Shown here: piece after piece, positions 62,780-64,000 of the stretch
Layout of the letters: every line of letters begins with the position of its first letter
Numbering within the stretch: the stretch's first letter is position 1
Source: Octopus sinensis
Taxonomy: Eukaryota
Length of the DNA: 64,000 bases
Direction: 5' to 3'
NCBI RefSeq assembly: GCF_006345805.1
Contig: NC_043013.1
Coordinates: 59,024,001 to 59,088,000 of the forward strand
Position numbers and translations under genes: made by a program
Notes under the pieces: generated by a model
What the model saw: the letters and a program-made list of their open reading frames with translations, nothing else
Told to the model about the DNA's origin: nothing
Databases searched by the model: none

Positions 62780-63200
62780 TTACTCTTTTATTCTTTTACG
62801 TGTTTCAGTCATTTGACTGTGGCCATGCTGGAGTACTGCCTTTAGTTGGGCAAATCGACCCCAGGACCTACTGTTTGTAAGCCTAGTACTTATTCTATCG
62901 GTCTCTTTTGCCAAACTGCTAAGTTACGGGGATGTAAACGCACCAGCATTGGTTGTCAAGCGATGTTATGGGGGACAAACACAGACACACAAACATATAC
63001 ACACTCACATACATACATATACATATACATATACATATATACAACGGGCTTCTTTCAGTTTCCATCTACCAAATCCACTCACAAGGCTTTGGTCGACCCG
63101 AGGCTATAGTAGAAGACACTTGCCCAAGGTGCCACGCAGTGGGACTGAACCCGGAACCATGTGGTTCGTAAGCAAACTACTTACCACACAGCCACTCCTA
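62780..63200 (-). mobile_element. SINE family A, full length
   Basis: Matches the family-A consensus. Confidence 0.9.
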
Positions 63201-63206
63201 CGCATA

Positions 63207-63365
63207 TTTCATCATCATCATCATCATCATCGTTTAACGTCCGCTTTCCATGCTAGCATGAGTTGAATGGTTCAACAGGGGTCTGGGGAGCCCAAAGACT
63301 GCAACAGGCCAGTCAGATCTGGCGGTGTTTCTACAGCTGGATGCCCTTCCTAACGCCAACCCTTC
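63207..63365 (-). mobile_element. RTE 3'-end fragment
   Basis: (CAT)n...GGATGCCCTTCCTAACGCCAAC. Confidence 0.8.
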
Positions 63366-63719
63366 CTGACGCCAATATATAAATATGTATAAAGGTAGAT
63401 ATGGCCAGTCTATGATGTTACTCTGGGTTTCATGTCCATACAGCACTTAGCTTTACAGTGTTTCTTCAGACACTAAAACCCATTGGCCTATGGCCTCTCT
63501 AGAAAATGGAGGAGGAAAAGACTTTGTTATTCTGTCAACAACAAGGGATTAACTCCCTTTGACTGCTATTTAATAGACCATGTTGGTGTCTGGATCCCAG
63601 GATGCCAGCATGAAATTCCTGAAGTGTAAGCAGTGGGTGAAATAAGGAGTTGTGGTGATTTGCTACACTTGAGAAGATGAGTTCAAGTTGTGTAAAATCA
63701 CTGTTGTCCATGTGTACAG

Positions 63720-63962
63720 GCTTGTCTTTTACAGGTGTGGGTGCCACATAAAATGCGTTTGTGCCTGTGCTGTGTAAATGTACCCTTGCTGGTGGCATGT
63801 AAAAGGCACTCAGTATTCTCTGTAAAGTGGTTGACGTCAGGAAGGGCATCCAGCCACACAAACCATGCCACAACAGACCATGAAATCTGGCCAGTTCCTG
63901 TCAAACCATCCAACCCATGCCAGTATGGAAAACGGACATTGAACGATGATGATGATGATGAT
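63720..63962 (+). mobile_element. RTE 3' UTR fragment, divergent, with (GAT)n tail
   Basis: GGTGGCATGTAAAAGGCAC, GGAAGGGCATCCAGCC, GGACATTGAACGATG. Confidence 0.8.
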
Positions 63963-64000
63963 ATATGTACGCATGCACACACACACACATGCACACACAC

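Overview
AT-rich, microsatellite-saturated eukaryotic DNA. The repeat content (tRNA-derived SINEs, RTE LINEs with (GAT)n tails, Penelope-like elements) points to an Octopus genome; this is inference from repeat families. Only one host coding exon is recognisable: a minus-strand exon (3078-3220) with the probable start codon of an SLC7 (LAT/b0,+AT-type) amino-acid transporter, MTADTIHPERKLGLLKGISMIVGTMIG, whose downstream exons lie left of the window. The rest is intronic or upstream TE landscape. It includes a recent Penelope-like element (476-aa RT+GIY-YIG ORF, ~790-bp inverted pseudo-LTRs) and a second, frameshifted PLE. It also holds CR1-, RTE- and R4/Dong-type LINE fragments, Tc1/mariner, pogo and hAT transposase relics, hAT/Mutator-like MITEs, Helitron pieces and several dozen SINE/LINE-tail copies. 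The most interesting signal is a set of hammerhead-ribozyme-like motifs of several architectures, some with non-canonical cores or a long stem-II insert, in PLE pLTRs and in ORF-less elements. Nearly all other predicted ORFs are microsatellite or TE artefacts. SINE and relic boundaries are approximate; all alignments were done by eye.
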